This document shows, in pieces, positions 30,612 to 33,887 of a stretch of DNA of 33,887 nt (position 1 is the stretch's first letter; each line of letters opens with the position of its first letter). The stretch comes from an uncultured Solibacteraceae bacterium (GTDB taxonomy: Bacteria > Acidobacteriota > Holophagae > Holophagales > Holophagaceae), in NCBI GenBank assembly GCA_964627685.1, contig CAZVKM010000002.1, positions 1 through 33,887 of the forward strand. The letters are read 5' to 3'. The translations under genes were made by a program, and so were the position numbers. Under the pieces are notes generated by a model. It was not told where the DNA came from. It was given only the letters and a program-made list of their open reading frames with translations, and ran no database searches.

Positions 30612-33359
30612 ATGTCCATGCTCACCCCTGCCGCCCCCCGTGACACCGTCCGCATCGAAGCCTGGCGCGGCGAGCACGAGCAGGCCATGGATCAGCTCGA
30701 CCTCCTCCAGAAGGCCCTCCTGGCCCGCGATTGGGCGAAAGTCGATGAAGGGGCCAAGTGGATGTACGAGGTCCAGAAGCCGCACCACGAGGCGGAGGAG
30801 AAGGACCTCCTGCCCCTCCTGGAGGAGCTGGGCGCCGAGAACCTGGTGGAGCGCATCCGTGAGGACCACCGCCGCGTGTGGGTGCTCACCCTGGACTTGC
30901 TCGCGTCCATCTCGGACGGCCACGTGGCCAATGCCGAGCATGCGATGCGCACGGCCCGGGAGCTGCTGGAGCTCATGACGGAGCACGTGGAGATGGAGGA
31001 GCGCCTCATGCTGCCCCTCCTGAGGGGCAAGAGCCTCTACACCCCCGAGGCCGTGACGGACGACGGCTACCTCATCCTCGAGAAGAAGCTCCTGGCCCCG
31101 GAGACCTGGTCCTTCATCGTGCAGGCCCCCATGGTGGCCCGCCGCCGCAAGCCCGGCCAGTTCCTCATGGTCTCGCCCTTCCCCCAGAGCGAGCGCATCC
31201 CCCTCACCCTGGCGGGCGGTGACCCCCGCGGTGGCTGGATCCGCTTCATCATGCAGGAGGTGGGTGCCACCACCCAGGCCATGGCCAAATTCCAGGCGGG
31301 GGACCGCCTCTTCGCCGTGGCCGGCCCCATGGGCGCCCCCACGGAGCTGGTGGAGGAAGGCACCGTGGTGCTCGTGGCCGGCGGCTACGGCAGCGCGGCC
31401 GTGCGGCCCGCTGCAGAGGAGCTGCACGCCGCCGGGCGCCGCGTGATCTCCATCCTGGGCGGCCGCAGCAAGGAGCGCGTGCTCCTGGCCCAGGAGCTGG
31501 GCGAGGCCTCCGATGAACTCATCATCACCACCGACGACGGCTCCCTGGGCCGCCAGGGCATCGTGACCCAGGCCCTCAAGGAGGTGCTGGAGCGGGAGAA
31601 GGTCGCCCAGGTGGTGGCCGTGGGCCCCCTGCCCATGATGCGGGCCATCTCCGACCTCACGAAGCCCTACGGCGTCTTCACCCTGGTGAGCCTCAACGCC
31701 CTCATGGTCGATGGCACCGGCATGTGCGGCGGCTGCCGCGTGGCGGTGGGCGGCGAGATGAAGTTCGCCTGCTTCGACGGGCCCGACTTCGATGGCCACA
31801 AGGTGGACTACGAGATGCTCAAGAACCGGCAGGACTGGTACCGGGGCATGGAGGCCGAGGCCAAGGAGCACGCCTGCCACATCGGCCGTTCCCCCGCGGA
31901 GTCCGGCTTCGTGATGCCCGATCTCAACGCCGCCGAGGCCGACCTGGACTGGAAGAACCTCGACCTGGCCACGCTGAAGCCCAGCCAGAAGATGAAGGTG
32001 CCCCGCCAGAACGTGGCCTGCCAGGACCCCGTGATCCGCGTGACCAACTTCAACGAGGTGACCCTCAGCCTCAGCCCCGAGCAGGCCCAGCTGGAGGCGG
32101 CCCGCTGCCTCCAGTGCAAGGTGCCCCACTGCATCGATGGCTGCCCCGTGAGCATCGACATCCCCCACTTCCTGCGCCACATCGTGGCGGGCAATCCCCA
32201 GGAGGCGGCCATGGTCATCAAGCAGAGCTCCTCCCTTGGCTCCGTGTGCGGCCGGGTGTGCCCCCAGGAGAAGCAGTGCGAGAGCAAGTGCGTGGTGGGC
32301 ATCAAGGGCGAGAGCGTGGCCATCGGCCGACTCGAGCGCTACGCCTCCGACAGCCTCCTGGGCACCGACACCCTGCCGCCCCAGCTGCCCCCCACGGGCA
32401 AGAAGGTGGCCGTCATCGGCGCGGGCCCCGCGGGCCTCACCGTGGCCGGCGAGCTGGCCTGCAAGGGCCATGAGGTCACCGTCTTCGAGGCCCTCCACAA
32501 GCCCGGCGGCGTGCTCCTCTACGGCATCCCCGAGTTCCGCCTCCCCACCGCCGTGGTGGATCAGGAGGTGGGCACCCTCAAGAAACTGGGCGTGAAGTTC
32601 ATCCTCAACACCCTCGTGGGCCGCGCCATCACGCTGGAGGAGCTGCGCGAGCAGTACGACAGCGTGTTCATGGGCACCGGCGCCGGCCTGCCCAAGATGA
32701 TGGGCGTGAAAGGCGAGGACCTGAAGGGCGTCTACACCGCCAACGAGTTCCTCACCCGCATCAACCTCATGCGTGCCGACCTCTTCCCCCACCACGGCAC
32801 CCCCATCACCGTGGGCAAGGACGTGATCATCGTGGGCTGCGGCAACACCGCCATGGATGCCGCGCGCTCCGCCCGCCGCATGGGCGCGGAGAACGTCACG
32901 GTGGTCTACCGCCGCACCCAGAAGGAGAGCACCGCCCGCCACGAGGAGCTGGAGCACGCCATGGAGGAGGGCGTGAAGTTCGCCTGGCTCCACACCCCCA
33001 CCGAGCTCCTGGGGGAGAACGGCTGGCTCAAGTTCGCCGAGTGCGCCGTGATGGAGCTCGGCGAGCCCGGTCCCGACGGCCGCCGCGGCGTGAAGATGAC
33101 CGACCAGCGCGTAAAGATCCCCTGCGACACCCTGGTGATCGCCCTGGGCTTCGACGTGAACCCCCTCCTGACCCGCAACGAAGAAGGCCTCAAGACCCTC
33201 AAGGGCGGGGTCGTGGTGGTCAACGAGGACACGGGCGAGACGAGCCTGCCGCGCCTCTTCGCCGGCGGCGACGTCATCACCGGCGGCGCCACCGTGATCC
33301 TCGCCATGGGTCAGGGCCGAAGGGCCGCGGCGGCGATGCACGCGCAGCTGAGCCACTGA
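30612..33359 (+). CDS. Triple fusion: hemerythrin-like domain + NfnA/SudB-like (PyrK-type FAD/[2Fe-2S]) + NfnB/SudA/GltD-like (2x[4Fe-4S], FAD, NADPH) oxidoreductase
   Basis: GGAGG RBS upstream of the ATG at 30612; the track's 53-aa upstream extension was rejected. The first ~150 aa carry HHE-type motifs (KPHHEAEEKDLLPLL, EDHRRVW, EHVEMEERLMLPLL). The next domain has FLMVSPF..ERIPLTLAG, VLVAGGYGSAAV and DGTGMCGGCRV....KFACFDGP. The last has CLQCKVPHCIDGCPV, CGRVCPQEKQCESKC, VAVIGAGPAGLTVAGELA, IIVGCGNTAMDAAR and FAGGDV. Confidence 0.88.
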   Translation: MSMLTPAAPRDTVRIEAWRGEHEQAMDQLDLLQKALLARDWAKVDEGAKWMYEVQKPHHEAEEKDLLPLLEELGAENLVERIREDHRRVWVLTLDLLASISDGHVANAEHAMRTARELLELMTEHVEMEERLMLPLLRGKSLYTPEAVTDDGYLILEKKLLAPETWSFIVQAPMVARRRKPGQFLMVSPFPQSERIPLTLAGGDPRGGWIRFIMQEVGATTQAMAKFQAGDRLFAVAGPMGAPTELVEEGTVVLVAGGYGSAAVRPAAEELHAAGRRVISILGGRSKERVLLAQELGEASDELIITTDDGSLGRQGIVTQALKEVLEREKVAQVVAVGPLPMMRAISDLTKPYGVFTLVSLNALMVDGTGMCGGCRVAVGGEMKFACFDGPDFDGHKVDYEMLKNRQDWYRGMEAEAKEHACHIGRSPAESGFVMPDLNAAEADLDWKNLDLATLKPSQKMKVPRQNVACQDPVIRVTNFNEVTLSLSPEQAQLEAARCLQCKVPHCIDGCPVSIDIPHFLRHIVAGNPQEAAMVIKQSSSLGSVCGRVCPQEKQCESKCVVGIKGESVAIGRLERYASDSLLGTDTLPPQLPPTGKKVAVIGAGPAGLTVAGELACKGHEVTVFEALHKPGGVLLYGIPEFRLPTAVVDQEVGTLKKLGVKFILNTLVGRAITLEELREQYDSVFMGTGAGLPKMMGVKGEDLKGVYTANEFLTRINLMRADLFPHHGTPITVGKDVIIVGCGNTAMDAARSARRMGAENVTVVYRRTQKESTARHEELEHAMEEGVKFAWLHTPTELLGENGWLKFAECAVMELGEPGPDGRRGVKMTDQRVKIPCDTLVIALGFDVNPLLTRNEEGLKTLKGGVVVVNEDTGETSLPRLFAGGDVITGGATVILAMGQGRRAAAAMHAQLSH

Positions 33360-33360
33360 G

Positions 33361-33402
33361 GGAACGCGAATAGCGCGAATAACAGCGCGAATGGCGCGAA
33401 TG
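33361..33402. repeat. Array of four direct CGCGAAT 9-mers (spacing 9, 12, 9 nt)
   Basis: ggaaCGCGAATagCGCGAATaacagCGCGAATggCGCGAATg, starting 2 nt after the stop at 33359. Its last 15 nt are the exact reverse complement of 33484-33498. Confidence 0.8.
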
Positions 33403-33410
33403 AAAAGGAC

Positions 33411-33435
33411 AAGGGCCCGTGGGATGCGGGCCCTT
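33411..33435 (+). terminator. Terminator hairpin after the hemerythrin-Nfn gene, embedded in the repeat element
   Basis: AAGGGCCCG tgggatg CGGGCCCTT (9-bp stem). Confidence 0.6.
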
Positions 33436-33483
33436 CCTGAATCACTCGAACGGTCCTCGGAAAGTCCTGAATTTGACCCACCC

Positions 33484-33500
33484 CATTCGCGCCATTCGCG
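33484..33500. repeat. Inverted CGCGAAT-family 17-mer CATTCGCGCCATTCGCG
   Basis: Identical to 5976-5992. Confidence 0.8.
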
Positions 33501-33512
33501 ATCTTCCTTTGA

Positions 33513-33887
<375 letters not shown>

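Overview
A 33.9 kb, roughly 69% GC chromosomal segment from a diderm bacterium (it has lnt, lipobox and Tat signals). I cannot place the taxon from sequence alone. All product calls come from reading the ORF-track translations, plus my own translation of regions the track misses, against family motifs I remember. No database search was run. I support 35 CDS and found no rRNA, tRNA, CRISPR array, transposase or integrase. Left to right: a partial RNase E/G gene (-); an ECF sigma / zf-HC2 anti-sigma / membrane protein trio (+); three secreted hydrolase-type genes (+); panD (-); a large secreted multidomain protein (+); then a long minus-strand run of a 1140-aa TPR scaffold protein, panB, panC and two paralogous small secreted proteins. 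The centrepiece is a 9.2 kb, 13-gene same-strand cluster (15056-24215). It joins cbb3 oxidase genes (ccoN, a CcoO-cytochrome c fusion, ccoS) to a Rieske/cytochrome b module with two cytochrome b paralogues. One paralogue has Arg in place of His at the second haem-ligand position of helix B and at the +14 position of helix D. The other is fused to a cytoplasmic 2x[4Fe-4S] ferredoxin domain and is followed by an MvhD/FlpD-like Fe-S protein. I read this as a candidate hard-wired quinol-to-O2 supercomplex with a low-potential cytoplasmic Fe-S branch, and it is the most unusual system in the window. Downstream lie a tightly overlapping trmH-like/lnt/GNAT/maf operon (-), an OPT transporter, a small membrane protein, a hemerythrin-NfnA-NfnB triple fusion, and the start of a tryptophanase/tyrosine phenol-lyase family gene. 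Two intergenic regions (5728-6027 and 33361-33500) carry the same short repeat family, arrays of CGCGAAT 9-mers with identical 17-mers. Many long antisense or out-of-frame ORFs in the track are high-GC artefacts and were rejected.
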